A stretch of DNA of 43,610 bases from Ktedonobacteraceae bacterium. Its GTDB lineage: Bacteria; Chloroflexota; Ktedonobacteria; Ktedonobacterales; Ktedonobacteraceae. The notes beneath the pieces were generated by a model. It worked only from the letters and a program-made list of their open reading frames with translations. It was not told where the DNA came from and searched no databases. A program made the translations under genes and the position numbers. The stretch is from the NCBI GenBank assembly GCA_041499255.1, contig JBGQJX010000001.1, positions 1 through 43,610 of the forward strand, given 5' to 3'. The number at the start of each line of letters is the position of its first letter. Position 1 is the first letter of the stretch. Shown one piece after another: positions 8,798-18,595 of the stretch.

Positions 8798-8836
8798 GGG
8801 CCGATAAATCGGCGGTGGGCGCGATAAATCGGCCCC
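8798..8836. repeat. REP-like nested palindrome
   Basis: gggccgataaatcggc ggtgggcg cgataaatcggcccc. The direct repeat cgataaatcggc occurs twice, each copy self-complementary, and the outer arms gggccgat/atcggccc also pair. Confidence 0.4.
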
Positions 8837-8952
8837 TACAGATGGTTCATACGCTAACTGGTAGGTGTTGTGTTTAAAATGCTGTAAGCTTCTGCTATAA
8901 TGACGGTGCCCTTGCTGATGAAAAGAAGATAGTGCTTGAGAAGGAGGTATTT

Positions 8953-9162
8953 ATGAGTAAGTCAACGCTTTTTTATGGGGGAATTGTCCTCGCGATAGTT
9001 TTTTTCGCCTTTGCTGTTTATTACATTATTCCAGGTATCTATCATCCTTTTACATTTAGCCCGCCGATGGAATCGCATAGAACTCACGCGCTTGCGTTCC
9101 TTGCGTTGTCGGTTGTCAGTGTAATTGTGGCACTTGTTAACCGTCGTAGGGCGGTCAAATAA
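8953..9162 (+). CDS. small two-TM membrane protein, paralogue pair member 1
   Basis: AAGGAGG RBS 6 nt upstream of the ATG at 8953. Shares the pattern LF(Y/F)G(G/A)IV.A......A..IYY.IPG.YH with the next ORF. Confidence 0.55.
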   Translation: MSKSTLFYGGIVLAIVFFAFAVYYIIPGIYHPFTFSPPMESHRTHALAFLALSVVSVIVALVNRRRAVK

Positions 9163-9207
9163 TGGAATGTACAAAATGAATATTGTAGAAAGTAGGACCT
9201 TTTCTTT

Positions 9208-9426
9208 ATGAAAAACCCGGCTCTTTTCTTTGGTGCCATTGTGGTCGCGGTGATCTCTCTCGCGCTTGGTATCTATTACGCGATTCCTGGCGTTTATCAT
9301 GTTTTGACGAGTGGCTCGCATCCAGCGATGGACCCGCAACCTGGACACATTCTGCTGTTTATGGGTATTACCATTGTATGTGTGATTGCCGCGCTTGTTA
9401 CCCGACCGCGTTCGAAAGCTCAGTAG
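9208..9426 (+). CDS. small two-TM membrane protein, paralogue pair member 2
   Basis: Paralogous to 8953-9162. Followed by a strong terminator. Confidence 0.55.
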   Translation: MKNPALFFGAIVVAVISLALGIYYAIPGVYHVLTSGSHPAMDPQPGHILLFMGITIVCVIAALVTRPRSKAQ

Positions 9427-9441
9427 GGCAGTAGTAATGTT

Positions 9442-9494
9442 ATTGCGCAAAGAAACCCCGGCTCCCAGTGAGTAGCTGGGGTTTCTTTGCGCAA
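9442..9494. terminator. bidirectional intrinsic terminator between convergent genes
   Basis: attgcgcaaagaaaccccggct ... agctggggtttctttgcgcaat: a long, near-perfect stem. Confidence 0.65.
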
Positions 9495-10478
9495 TTATTT
9501 TGCAGCTAAGGTTTCTCCTACAATGTGTGGGTAGCCGCGCAGAAATTCTTCCACGCTCATAGCTTTTTTCCCTTCCAGTTGAAGCTGCTGGATTACCAGC
9601 AGACCATCGCCGGTTGTGATTGCCAGTGATTTGCGTCCTGCATCCTGCAGGAGAGAGACCATTCCTGGGGTGGTTGAAGTGGTCGATGTGGTATGTGGAA
9701 AAGGATGAGCTGAGAGTATTTTCAGCAGCTTGCCGCGCCAGTAGGTGTAGGCGCCGGGCCAGGGAGTATAGGCGCGGATTTTGCGGGCCAGTACGGCAGC
9801 AGGCTCTCCCCAACTAATTGCTCCATCTTCTTTGCGTAACATGCGAGTGTGGGAGGCGGCCTGGTGATCCTGCGGTACAGGGGTGATCTTTCCTGAGACC
9901 CAGAGGGGTAATGCTTCAATCAGTGCCTGAGCTCCCAGGTCAGCTAATTTGCCGGTGAGGCTGCCGGTTGTCTCGTCTTCGCTCAGTGGAATGCTGCGTT
10001 TGAGTAGTATTGGGCCTGTATCAATGCCGGCGTCAATAAGCATGATGGTTACGCCGGTTTCTGTATCGCCATGCAGGATAGCCTCGGAGATGGGCGAGAC
10101 GCCGCGATATTTTGGCAGTAATGAAGCGTGGATGTTGAGTGTTCCGAAACGAGGGAGATCAAGTACTTCTTGTGGGAGGATTTGTCCGAAAGCTGCAACG
10201 ATGTAGAGGTCGGCATGATACACTGCCAGGGCTTCTCTATTTTCAGTCCGCTTGAACGATCCTGGCTGCCAGACGGGGATACTGTGGGCTAAGGCAGTCT
10301 GTTTTACAGGTGAAAAAACAATGGCCTGTCCTCGCCCTACGGGCTTATCCGGACGGGTGATGACCGTGACTATGTCGTAGCCTTCTGGGAGTACCGCGCC
10401 GGGTGGCCTTCCCTTGATGAGCGCTTCAAGAGCGGGTACCGCGAATTGCGGAGTACCCATGTAGATAATACGCAACAT
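9495..10478 (-). CDS. fmt: methionyl-tRNA formyltransferase
   Basis: N-terminus IIYMGTPQFAVP, the HASLLPKYRG motif, and a C-terminal Fmt domain. Confidence 0.9.
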   Translation of the reverse strand: MLRIIYMGTPQFAVPALEALIKGRPPGAVLPEGYDIVTVITRPDKPVGRGQAIVFSPVKQTALAHSIPVWQPGSFKRTENREALAVYHADLYIVAAFGQILPQEVLDLPRFGTLNIHASLLPKYRGVSPISEAILHGDTETGVTIMLIDAGIDTGPILLKRSIPLSEDETTGSLTGKLADLGAQALIEALPLWVSGKITPVPQDHQAASHTRMLRKEDGAISWGEPAAVLARKIRAYTPWPGAYTYWRGKLLKILSAHPFPHTTSTTSTTPGMVSLLQDAGRKSLAITTGDGLLVIQQLQLEGKKAMSVEEFLRGYPHIVGETLAAK

Positions 10479-10755
10479 GGTTCTTCTCCAGAGCGACCGC
10501 GAGTCCTCGCGACAAGCCGCTCACCAGGTGTTTTTGTTGGCGGAATATTCCGCAAGAAAATATATTCCGCACGTAAATATGAATGAATTTATATTAGCAT
10601 ATTCAGGCTACCTGAGATCTGAGATCCGAGGAACGATCAACAGGAAACGCGAGTGCGCTCTTTCCTGGTGTCACGGATTAGCCTGCCTGAGGGTGTTCTC
10701 TCGACTCATCTCTTTAAATATGCGACAATAGGGTACATTGATCTGTTGATGTGCA

Positions 10756-12426
10756 ATGAAAGAGAATTTCGCAATGTCCACTACGACTCCAAGCTCAAAA
10801 AAAGTACCGGCGGAGGATGGCGCTGTTGTCTCGACTTCTGGCCGCAAGGTGCAGGGCTGGTTACTTATACTGCTGGTGTTTGTCGCGGGAGCCTGTTCGC
10901 TAGCTGTTGAACTCTCGGCCTCGCGTTTGCTCGCTCCGTATTTTGGCACCTCGCTGTTTGTGTGGGCCAATCTGATAGGTCTTATCCTGCTTTACCTGAC
11001 GATTGGCTATTATCTAGGTGGGCGTTTGGCTGATCGCTATCCACGTCCTGCTGTACTCTACCTGCTCACAATTATTGCGAGTGTGCTGATCGGACTTATT
11101 CCTATCATTTCGCGCCCCATTCTCTTCTGGTCTTTATCAGCCTTTGCGACATATTCTGTTAGCGTCTTTTATGGCTCGCTCGTTTCGGTGATCCTGCTCT
11201 TTGCGCTGCCGATGATCCTGCTGGGGTGTGTTTCTCCTTTTGCGATACGTTTGAGCGTCGAGCAGGTGGTGAAATCTGGACGTACTGCCGGACAACTTTA
11301 TGCTATTTCTACCGCGGGGAGTATTCTTGGTACTTTTCTGCCGGTGCTGTGGCTTATTCCAACAATTGGCACTTATCGCACATTTATTGTTTTTGCGGTT
11401 TCTCTCCTGCTGGTCTCAATCGTTGGGCTAACAGCTTCAAGGCCCTATACAGGAGGCGGTTCGCGTTTTCGTGGGAATAAAAACCTGCTCCCTTTGCTGC
11501 TCTTGATTCCGATGGGGCTTTCGCTCTTTGGTTCACAGGGTCCAATCAAGCCTCCGAGTGGCACCAATGGCGGGGGAGTGCTGGTGACTGAACGGGAGTC
11601 ACCTTACAACTATATTCAAGTGGTGCGCGTGGGAAATGAAATGCAACTGGTGTTGAATGAGGGTTTGGGCATCCACTCTATCTATAACCCGGATAGTGTG
11701 CTGACGCAGGGACCATGGGACTATTTCCTGATTGCTCCTTTCTTCAACAAGGCGCCCTTTACCCAGAGCCAGGTGCATAGAGTGGGAGTGATCGGGCTGG
11801 GGGCGGGCACTATCCCGCGTGAATTTAGCGCTATTTATGGGCCTGTTCCGATTGATGGGGTTGAGATCGATGGCACGATTGTCAAACTGGCGCAGCAGTA
11901 TTTTCATATGGATGAACCGAATTTACATGTTATTGTAGAGGATGGACGCTATTACTTGCAGAATACGAAAGTACTGTATGATGAGATTGGTATCGATGCT
12001 TATCAACAGCCCTACGTGCCTTTCCAATTGACTACGAGGGAGTTTTTTCAGGAAGTGCGCTCACACCTGACACCGACCGGGGTGGCTGTCATCAATGCTG
12101 GCCGTACCTGCTGTGATTTTCGCCTGGTAGAGGCGCTGGCGCAAACGATGCGCTCTGTCTTTGCTAACGTGTATATCATAGATACCCAGCGTTTTGAAAA
12201 TAGCCTGGTCATCGGTACCAATGCGCCGACTTTGCTGAGCGATTTTTATAGCAACACCGCCAGTCTGAGCAATCCAATGCTGAAGAGTATTGCTGACGCC
12301 AGTATTGAGTATGGGCATATCCGCGAGGAGAAGACCACCAACGTCTATTTTACTGATGACCGCGCGCCTGTCGAACAATTAATTGACCAGATTATCTTTG
12401 ACGCGGTACAGAACGGCGGTAAATAA
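10756..12426 (+). CDS. fused membrane (MFS-like)/spermidine synthase-like protein
   Basis: About 230 aa of TM helices, followed by a spermidine-synthase-like Rossmann domain (VGVIGLGAGT..., IDAYQQPYVP). The start may be the ATG at 10774. Confidence 0.75.
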   Translation: MKENFAMSTTTPSSKKVPAEDGAVVSTSGRKVQGWLLILLVFVAGACSLAVELSASRLLAPYFGTSLFVWANLIGLILLYLTIGYYLGGRLADRYPRPAVLYLLTIIASVLIGLIPIISRPILFWSLSAFATYSVSVFYGSLVSVILLFALPMILLGCVSPFAIRLSVEQVVKSGRTAGQLYAISTAGSILGTFLPVLWLIPTIGTYRTFIVFAVSLLLVSIVGLTASRPYTGGGSRFRGNKNLLPLLLLIPMGLSLFGSQGPIKPPSGTNGGGVLVTERESPYNYIQVVRVGNEMQLVLNEGLGIHSIYNPDSVLTQGPWDYFLIAPFFNKAPFTQSQVHRVGVIGLGAGTIPREFSAIYGPVPIDGVEIDGTIVKLAQQYFHMDEPNLHVIVEDGRYYLQNTKVLYDEIGIDAYQQPYVPFQLTTREFFQEVRSHLTPTGVAVINAGRTCCDFRLVEALAQTMRSVFANVYIIDTQRFENSLVIGTNAPTLLSDFYSNTASLSNPMLKSIADASIEYGHIREEKTTNVYFTDDRAPVEQLIDQIIFDAVQNGGK

Positions 12427-12449
12427 AGACTCCTCTGCTTTGTTATTGG

Positions 12450-13589
12450 TTAACTTGTCACATACTGTTCTGTCGAATCGAACTGGATGCCCTCCATGGT
12501 CTGTTGGAGCAAATACTGGCTGACGGCGTGTATGCTGCCGGTTTTTTTATAGAGGGCGATCTGGCGGTCCGCACCAGTGCCGCGGGGATCATCGACCAGT
12601 TGGCGAATGTAGTTGAGGTCGGGACGGGTACCGAGGTCATCAGCGACGTCATCGACCATGTTTAGCAACTCGTGAAGCGAATCACGCAAGCTCAGGATAC
12701 TTTCCCGCTCAAAATCAACGATCTCGGCATCAAGACCATAGCGCGCGACACGCCATTTGTTCTCCTCAAGAAGATAGCGCGGTACGACATAGGTTTCTCT
12801 GCCATGCTTATTCAGCCAGGATAGTTTTGCCACGAGCGATTGGCAAACTGCTGCAATGCCGATGACATCATTGAGCGTGAGGGGCATATCAAAGATACGG
12901 AACTCAACAGTGCCAAAAAAAGGGTGGGGACGGATATCCCACCAGATTTTCTTGCCATTGTCGATGCAACCAGTTTTGATGAGCGTTTGTACGTAGCGAT
13001 CGTAATCGCTCCATGTTTGGAATGTATCGGGAAGTCCACTACGAGGGAAACGCTTCCAGACTATTGTGCGATATGTTTTGAGACCGGTGAGCCGGCCTAA
13101 CCAGAAGGGAGAGTTCGAAGAGAGCGCGAGTAAATGTGGCAGCCAGGTGCGCAATTGATTCATCAAGGTGAGCGCGACGTCATTGTTCTCAACTGCAATA
13201 TGGATATGCAGGCCAAAGATCAGGATGGAGCGTGCGACGTCCTGAAATTCTTCTAGCAGTTCGTCATAGCGCGGGTTAGGTGTGGTGAGCTGATCCATCC
13301 AAAGGCTACCGGGATTCGTACCAGCACTGATTAAGGCTAAACCCTCCTCGGCTAAAAGGCATGCTAACATTGCTCGCAATCTTCGTGTCTCTGAGCGGGC
13401 AACCATAATATTCGGATAGACTTTAGAAATAAGCTCTACAGTTGGTTGCAACATTTCGGGCTTGATCTGTTCGCCGAAAAAGGGGGCTCCTTTTTTTAGG
13501 ATAGGAACAATTTGTGAACGAAGTTGTCCAGTATTACGATCTACTATTTGATATTCTTCCTCGATGCCAATCGTGTAACGTGCGGCCAT
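12450..13589 (-). CDS. carboxylate-amine ligase, YbdK/GCS2 family
   Basis: TIGIEEEYQIVD at the N-terminus and EFRIFD later are typical of glutamate-cysteine ligase family 2. The ATG at 13589 has GAAGGAG 6 nt upstream; the ORF-track GTG at 13604 is less likely. Confidence 0.85.
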   Translation of the reverse strand: MAARYTIGIEEEYQIVDRNTGQLRSQIVPILKKGAPFFGEQIKPEMLQPTVELISKVYPNIMVARSETRRLRAMLACLLAEEGLALISAGTNPGSLWMDQLTTPNPRYDELLEEFQDVARSILIFGLHIHIAVENNDVALTLMNQLRTWLPHLLALSSNSPFWLGRLTGLKTYRTIVWKRFPRSGLPDTFQTWSDYDRYVQTLIKTGCIDNGKKIWWDIRPHPFFGTVEFRIFDMPLTLNDVIGIAAVCQSLVAKLSWLNKHGRETYVVPRYLLEENKWRVARYGLDAEIVDFERESILSLRDSLHELLNMVDDVADDLGTRPDLNYIRQLVDDPRGTGADRQIALYKKTGSIHAVSQYLLQQTMEGIQFDSTEQYVTS

Positions 13590-13981
13590 GCCTAACTCCT
13601 TCACCCATCCTCAGGACATGGGATAGAATCGCTTTATATGTAGTGCGAGATAGCGGAACTACCAGACTAAGATGAAAACAACGGAAGAGTATTTTACAAA
13701 AGGCGGGAGGATTGAAATTTAAAAGGAAACGAGATGATGGTACAGAGTGATGCAAGTATCTTCCCAGTGATCTCTGGTTATGCGCGATCGCGCGTGCCCG
13801 CATACAAGCTCCTTGGAGGTGAAAACTTTGCAGCAAAGGTTGCATAAGGGAGATGCATACTACTTTAAAAGTTCCTGGAATCATAGCGTACACAAGAAGT
13901 ATGCGATTTGTCAAGGGTTTTTTCCCACAGAGACAAGGTATCTGAGAAAGCTGGATATCATGTCTCTGTGGGTTGAGCTGT

Positions 13982-14368
13982 TTAGAGTCCGAAGGCGTGT
14001 GGCAGGAGATCTGAGCAGGAAAAGTCTTGTGAGACTCCATCGATATAAATAGTGGCGTTGGGAGCCAGGTCGGCAAGCCATTGGCGACAGGCGCCGCAAG
14101 GGGTACGTCGATTGATAGAGGCATCGGGGGGATTATCTATGCAGGCGACGGCAACCTGGGTAATCGGGCCAGCGCCAGCAGAGAGAGCCGTGGCTAAAGC
14201 CGAACGTTCAGCGCATAATGTCAGGCCGTAACTCGAAATCTCTATATTGACACCTGTGTAGAGCTTGCCATCTGCAATAAGAGCGGCTCCTACTCTAAAA
14301 TGGGAGTAGGGACAATGTGCTCGCAGGGCAGCTTCGCGGGCTGCTGCCAGTAGTTCATCTCGTGTCAT
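13982..14368 (-). CDS. cdd: cytidine deaminase
   Basis: Zinc-binding motifs CAERSA and PCGACRQ. 128 aa. Confidence 0.9.
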   Translation of the reverse strand: MTRDELLAAAREAALRAHCPYSHFRVGAALIADGKLYTGVNIEISSYGLTLCAERSALATALSAGAGPITQVAVACIDNPPDASINRRTPCGACRQWLADLAPNATIYIDGVSQDFSCSDLLPHAFGL

Positions 14369-14622
14369 GATTACCTTTTCTCCTTGAAGATAGAACGTGA
14401 GGTAAAGTGCCGGAAAGGCATCTCACACATTATTGCCGTTTCAGGTGATAGACGTAGTATGAATAACTTTGGTGACTATTCATAGCCCAAATTGTACCAT
14501 GGTGTTACTGGGTGTTAACAGTCGCGTTAATAGCAATGAGAGCGATGCAACCGCCAAATGGGGATACTTGCTTGCTCAGATCTTTAATTATGTTGTAATG
14601 CAGGTCTACAGGAGGAATACGA

Positions 14623-15321
14623 GTGAAAATCCTGGTGGCGGATGATGACCGCGATATGGTAGATATGCTAAGCTACTGGTTAAAAGGGCATGGTTACGAC
14701 GTGGTACGCGCATTTGACGGCGAACAGGCGATCAAACGTTGGCGTGAGTCGCTGCCTGATCTCGTCATTCTAGATGTGCAGATGCCCAAATTGGATGGTT
14801 TCGAAGTATGTCGCCAGATGCGCAATGAAACCAATTCGATGGTCTTAATTCTTACCGCTCATGATCGTGAAGATGACGAGATACGTGGGTTAGAGATGGG
14901 TGCTGACGACTATCTGCGTAAGCCCTTTAGCCCAAGACAGCTTCTCGCTCGCATCAAGGCTGTGATGCGCCGTTCAACAATTTCGCGGGGAGCATCGAAT
15001 TCCTCTTCTATTACTGTTGGTCCCGTTACTCTGGATGCGATGCGTCATGAAGTGACGAGAGACGGAGCCAAGGTCAGGCTAACTCCTACAGAAAGTCGCC
15101 TGCTCCACTTGCTGATTACTCATACGGGACAGGTGCTTACTACCGATATGATCATCGAGCGCGTCTGGGGCTATGACGAAGCAGGAGACTCGGGACTGGT
15201 GAAGACGCATATTCGCCACCTGCGCCAGAAAGTCGAACCTGACCCCAATACTCCGCAGTATATCATGACGGTTCCAGGGGTAGGCTACACGTTCACCACA
15301 CCTATTACTATAGAGCAATAA
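14623..15321 (+). CDS. OmpR/PhoB-family response regulator
   Basis: Receiver domain (DD..., LVILDVQMP, K in LRKPF) plus a winged-helix output (VWGYD..., VPGVGY). GTG start. No adjacent histidine kinase. Confidence 0.9.
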   Translation: MKILVADDDRDMVDMLSYWLKGHGYDVVRAFDGEQAIKRWRESLPDLVILDVQMPKLDGFEVCRQMRNETNSMVLILTAHDREDDEIRGLEMGADDYLRKPFSPRQLLARIKAVMRRSTISRGASNSSSITVGPVTLDAMRHEVTRDGAKVRLTPTESRLLHLLITHTGQVLTTDMIIERVWGYDEAGDSGLVKTHIRHLRQKVEPDPNTPQYIMTVPGVGYTFTTPITIEQ

Positions 15322-15327
15322 ATAAGG

Positions 15328-15394
15328 AAAAGGCCCTGCGAGGGAGAAGATCAAAATCAGCGGTTTTGATCTTCTCCCTCGCAGGGCCTTTTTT
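15328..15394 (+). terminator. intrinsic terminator with unusually long stem
   Basis: 29-bp perfect stem aaaaggccctgcgagggagaagatcaaaa / ttttgatcttctccctcgcagggcctttt, followed by a T-run. Confidence 0.75.
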
Positions 15395-15535
15395 CATCTT
15401 AACCAGATTGGTCTCATCTTAACCGCACCATAACAAAAATTTCATCATTTTGCTAACTCCGTTGATTTACAATTCTATTTATATCCCAGTATTTGAATTT
15501 GGAATAGTAATATCCAAAAGAAGCTTGCAGTTTTG

Positions 15536-16522
15536 ATGAATTACAGAAGAAGAGATAGCGCAGCCGAATTATATATACCGTCAGGCTCTCCTGCCGCAGA
15601 ACGCTGTAATTGTTTGCCTCCTTCTTCAATTCAGGTTGTGCCCGCGCTAAATCTTGAAGAGGATATCGTAGATCATCACAAAAATACGCCTGCTTCATCA
15701 GCATTGAATGCCCTGCTTCGCCAGCAGTTGGAAAAATTTTTCCCTCGCTCAACGGCACTCAGCCTGTTGTTGCTGCATGTCTCGCAATTGGAGCAGATTC
15801 GTATCAATCCGCTGACGGGGTTACTAAGCAAACGCCAGCGTTACCATGCCACTGCAAGTTTCTTAGAGCAAGTGTTGGTGAATGTGCAGCGTGCTATCAG
15901 GGACAGCGATGAGTTGTTAGTGCATGAAGGGACGGGAGCTGCTATCATCTTCCCTGAAGTTGATAAGCAAGGCGTCAGTGTGATATTAGAGCGCGTTTCT
16001 CAAAGAATTAGCCTGTTGCAGGCAGAGACTGTCATTCCTCCTTTAGAACGCGAAACAGAGATCGTTCTGGGTATTGGTTCTTATCCGGAATCTGGTCCCT
16101 CGTTGGAGCATTTGCTGTACCACGTAGGATTTACCGCATATAGATTTACCTTACGCCCTGCTATTAAAGCGCAATTGTTGGAAGAGACGCCTACAATGAC
16201 AGCGATCGGCGAGCCAATTTCGGCCACACTTATGCACGACACTCAAATGGCTCCTGGTTCTACGAGGTCAGAGAGTAATGTCCCGTTTATGCAATTGCCA
16301 GCGCAACTCCCTTCCCGTTTAAAGCAGATTATCCCCTTTCATGTCGCACTAGAATACCGTTGTGTTCCTGTAGGGCGCGATCACCAATTCTTGACCGTTG
16401 CCATGGCTGATCCAGGTAATAGCAAGGCGGTATGCTCTCTGAGAGAGATAACAGGGTTGACTGTTTTTCCGGTATCATGCGATATCAGTGAGTTAAACGC
16501 GCTGCTGGCCAATAAATGGTAA
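15536..16522 (+). CDS. protein with degenerate GGDEF-like region and C-terminal T2SSE_N (GspE N-terminal/MshEN-like) domain
   Basis: C-terminus LEYRCVPVGRDHQFLTVAMADPGNSKAVCSLREITGLTVFPVSCDISELNALL fits the T2SSE_N pattern. The middle region resembles a GGDEF fold but lacks the GGDEF signature. Confidence 0.55.
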   Translation: MNYRRRDSAAELYIPSGSPAAERCNCLPPSSIQVVPALNLEEDIVDHHKNTPASSALNALLRQQLEKFFPRSTALSLLLLHVSQLEQIRINPLTGLLSKRQRYHATASFLEQVLVNVQRAIRDSDELLVHEGTGAAIIFPEVDKQGVSVILERVSQRISLLQAETVIPPLERETEIVLGIGSYPESGPSLEHLLYHVGFTAYRFTLRPAIKAQLLEETPTMTAIGEPISATLMHDTQMAPGSTRSESNVPFMQLPAQLPSRLKQIIPFHVALEYRCVPVGRDHQFLTVAMADPGNSKAVCSLREITGLTVFPVSCDISELNALLANKW

Positions 16523-16733
16523 GAAGATAGCATTTCAACAATACGCCTATATGGTTTCTTTAGTTAACAGGTGATGAATTGCAAACCAAAATAAGGGGAA
16601 AATTAACCAGATCACAACTGATCCTCAATATAATAGTGTATCATCATTGGTTACAATAACATGCGATGAGACATATCTGTATCGTCGGATACATTGTTGA
16701 CTGTACACACCTATCACTTTGAGGAGAGAAGAC

Positions 16734-16955
16734 ATGGTTTTACAAATGATACAAGATGACGTCCTCTTAACGTTCAAAGAGGCAATGAGCTATTTACGGG
16801 TGAGCCGCTCAACTCTATACCGCCTCATGTGGTCTGGTCAACTAACCGGTCACAAGGTGGGGAGCACGTGGCGGTTCTATCGTGAGGACCTGCGGTCTTG
16901 TGTAGGGCGCGAGATCAACATGACCAACATGCAGCATAGCGTCGTCGCCAGCTAA
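16734..16955 (+). CDS. excisionase-family (MerR-like) helix-turn-helix DNA-binding protein
   Basis: LLTFKEAMSYLRVSRSTLYRLMWSGQLTGHKVGSTWRF is the typical excisionase/HTH_17 pattern. GAGGAG RBS 7 nt upstream of the ATG at 16734. Confidence 0.7.
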   Translation: MVLQMIQDDVLLTFKEAMSYLRVSRSTLYRLMWSGQLTGHKVGSTWRFYREDLRSCVGREINMTNMQHSVVAS

Positions 16956-17046
16956 GCTCTCTCTTTGCAATATCTCCGTTGAGTCAGCTTATACATATTT
17001 GCAATCAATCTTTCATCATTAAAAGATCTGGCAGGAGATAGTTACG

Positions 17047-17104
17047 AAAAAACACCCTGTTTATTTGCTTGCCGCACACAAGCAAATAAACAGGGTGTTT
17101 TTTT
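17047..17104. terminator. bidirectional intrinsic terminator
   Basis: aaaaaacaccctgtttatttgcttg ... caagcaaataaacagggtgtttttt: a perfect ~25-bp stem flanked by A- and T-runs. Confidence 0.7.
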
Positions 17105-17107
17105 GCC

Positions 17108-17959
17108 CTAAAGCCGGTCGTATTCTGTAATCTTCCAGGTTCCATTGATCCTGGCGAGGCTTAGTAGAGCAGTATAGCTGCTGCTATGGCGTTTAATATC
17201 AACCGTTATAGTGAAGTGGGACAGGTCGGGCCCTGTGTTTGGGTCTGTTCTAAATGAAGGTTGGCCTGGAATAAAAGAGGTAATAGCGCCCTCTTGTTCA
17301 TCGAGTTTGCTGGCCTGTGATGTAAAGGCATCTTGAGTAAGTCCGCTAATCTGTCCCTGGGGAGCCAGGTCGCTAAAAGCGGCGGTGTAGTTTTTTGACT
17401 GAAGATTGGTGTAGAAATCATCCACGATGTTGAGAGCCCCTGATACCTGTTGGTAGGTTGAACTGAAAATGGTGTAAAATCCCCAGCCACATAATCCACA
17501 ACCGGCGAGCAAGAAAACACTGATAATAGCGACCATGATCCAGGCCCAGCGGTAGGATTTTTTTACCGGAGGCGGAGAAGAGATCAAGGGAGGCGGGTAG
17601 GTTTGTACGCTTGCTGGCTGCATTTGCCCGGGCGCCGGTGGCGCGTAAGCATAGGCGTTGGGTGACGATTGTAGCGCCGGGTTTTGTAGCGGCAAAGAAG
17701 GCAAGACAGGCGGTAGGGACATATTTTGATAGTAGGCTGGTGGTGGTGGGTAGACCAGGCCTTGCCGTATGGCTTCCTCATCGATGGGTGCGCTGGCCAA
17801 CTCTTCCGGCGGCAGAACCCGAGTCATAGGGGCGGGCTGTGGAATGACGCTGGCTAGAGGTCCGCCAGGAGGGAACTCGTAGAGGGGTTGGAAGTCCATC
17901 TGCTCTTCGCTATCCTGCTTCGGCGTCTCTTCTGCTGGTTGCTGGTCAGAGGGCTGCAT
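17108..17959 (-). CDS. proline-rich single-pass membrane protein, unknown function
   Basis: About 130 aa of Pro-rich N-terminus, TM helix WAWIMVAIISVFLLAGCGLCGWGF, and a ~125-aa extracytoplasmic domain. Confidence 0.55.
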   Translation of the reverse strand: MQPSDQQPAEETPKQDSEEQMDFQPLYEFPPGGPLASVIPQPAPMTRVLPPEELASAPIDEEAIRQGLVYPPPPAYYQNMSLPPVLPSLPLQNPALQSSPNAYAYAPPAPGQMQPASVQTYPPPLISSPPPVKKSYRWAWIMVAIISVFLLAGCGLCGWGFYTIFSSTYQQVSGALNIVDDFYTNLQSKNYTAAFSDLAPQGQISGLTQDAFTSQASKLDEQEGAITSFIPGQPSFRTDPNTGPDLSHFTITVDIKRHSSSYTALLSLARINGTWKITEYDRL

Positions 17960-18076
17960 ACGATTAAGGCTCCCTTCAATAAGTTAGTTGTATCTTATTT
18001 TCAGAGAAGAGTATAGCCTTTTAGTGAGGGAAACGCAAGGAGAACGAAGGTTACCATTGTGCTAGCAGAGGAGATG

Positions 18077-18409
18077 TTATTGAGGTGGAGTAAGTTCCAT
18101 TGCTACTTTGATAGGCCCCTCTCCTTCTCTGGTTTGACGTAGCGTAATATCGGCTGTCAACTTGAGCGCGGAGAGAAGTTCTATTAAAGTGTTCAGCGTG
18201 GGATTGATTTTGTCCGAAGAGAGCAGGCGGGATACTGCTTCTCGTTTCTTTCCCATACGGGTTGCCAGCTCTTCCTGGCTCATATTTTTATATTTGCGCA
18301 CCATATCGATGGCATGCATCAGCTCTAACTCGGCGTCCATCTCTCGATAGCCAGCAGCAAATTCATCGTTCTTTAGTCGCTTTTGAAGACGCTGCTCAAA
18401 TCTATTCAT
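18077..18409 (-). CDS. XRE-family HTH protein (antitoxin-like), apparently orphan
   Basis: HTH segment MSQEELATRMGKKREAVSRLLSSDKINPTLNTLIELLSAL. Overlapping palindromes (TTGTAACAT..ATGTTGCAA, TGTAAC..GTTACA) at 18469-18497 in its promoter region. Confidence 0.7.
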   Translation of the reverse strand: MNRFEQRLQKRLKNDEFAAGYREMDAELELMHAIDMVRKYKNMSQEELATRMGKKREAVSRLLSSDKINPTLNTLIELLSALKLTADITLRQTREGEGPIKVAMELTPPQ

Positions 18410-18595
18410 AGTTTTCCTTGCTCAAAGTACTCGATCATCCATTCCATAAAATATCCATCTCATAAACTAATTGTAACATACAAGTTACATATGTTGCAAG
18501 TTTTAAGTGAGGTTCCTGTTCCCTTATCGCATTTATTCACGCTCTCTCATTACATGATTATACGCAGGAATCAACAAAAAGCGGAAAAGATATAG

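Noticed and set aside
8962-9813. 283-aa minus-strand ORF spanning the small membrane genes, a terminator and the 3' end of fmt
   Set aside because: The sequence is Arg/Ser/Asn-rich low complexity. It crosses a strong terminator hairpin and overlaps better-supported genes on both strands. Judged spurious.
13924-13972. 12-bp perfect hairpin (cccacagagaca/tgtctctgtggg) 10 nt downstream of cdd
   Set aside because: On the cdd (minus) strand it is followed by an A-run rather than a U-run, and the loop is 25 nt. It is not a canonical intrinsic terminator and its function is unclear.
13534-14124. 196-aa minus ORF bridging the ligase start region and cdd
   Set aside because: It overlaps cdd out of frame and the ligase upstream region. 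No motifs and poor coding appearance.
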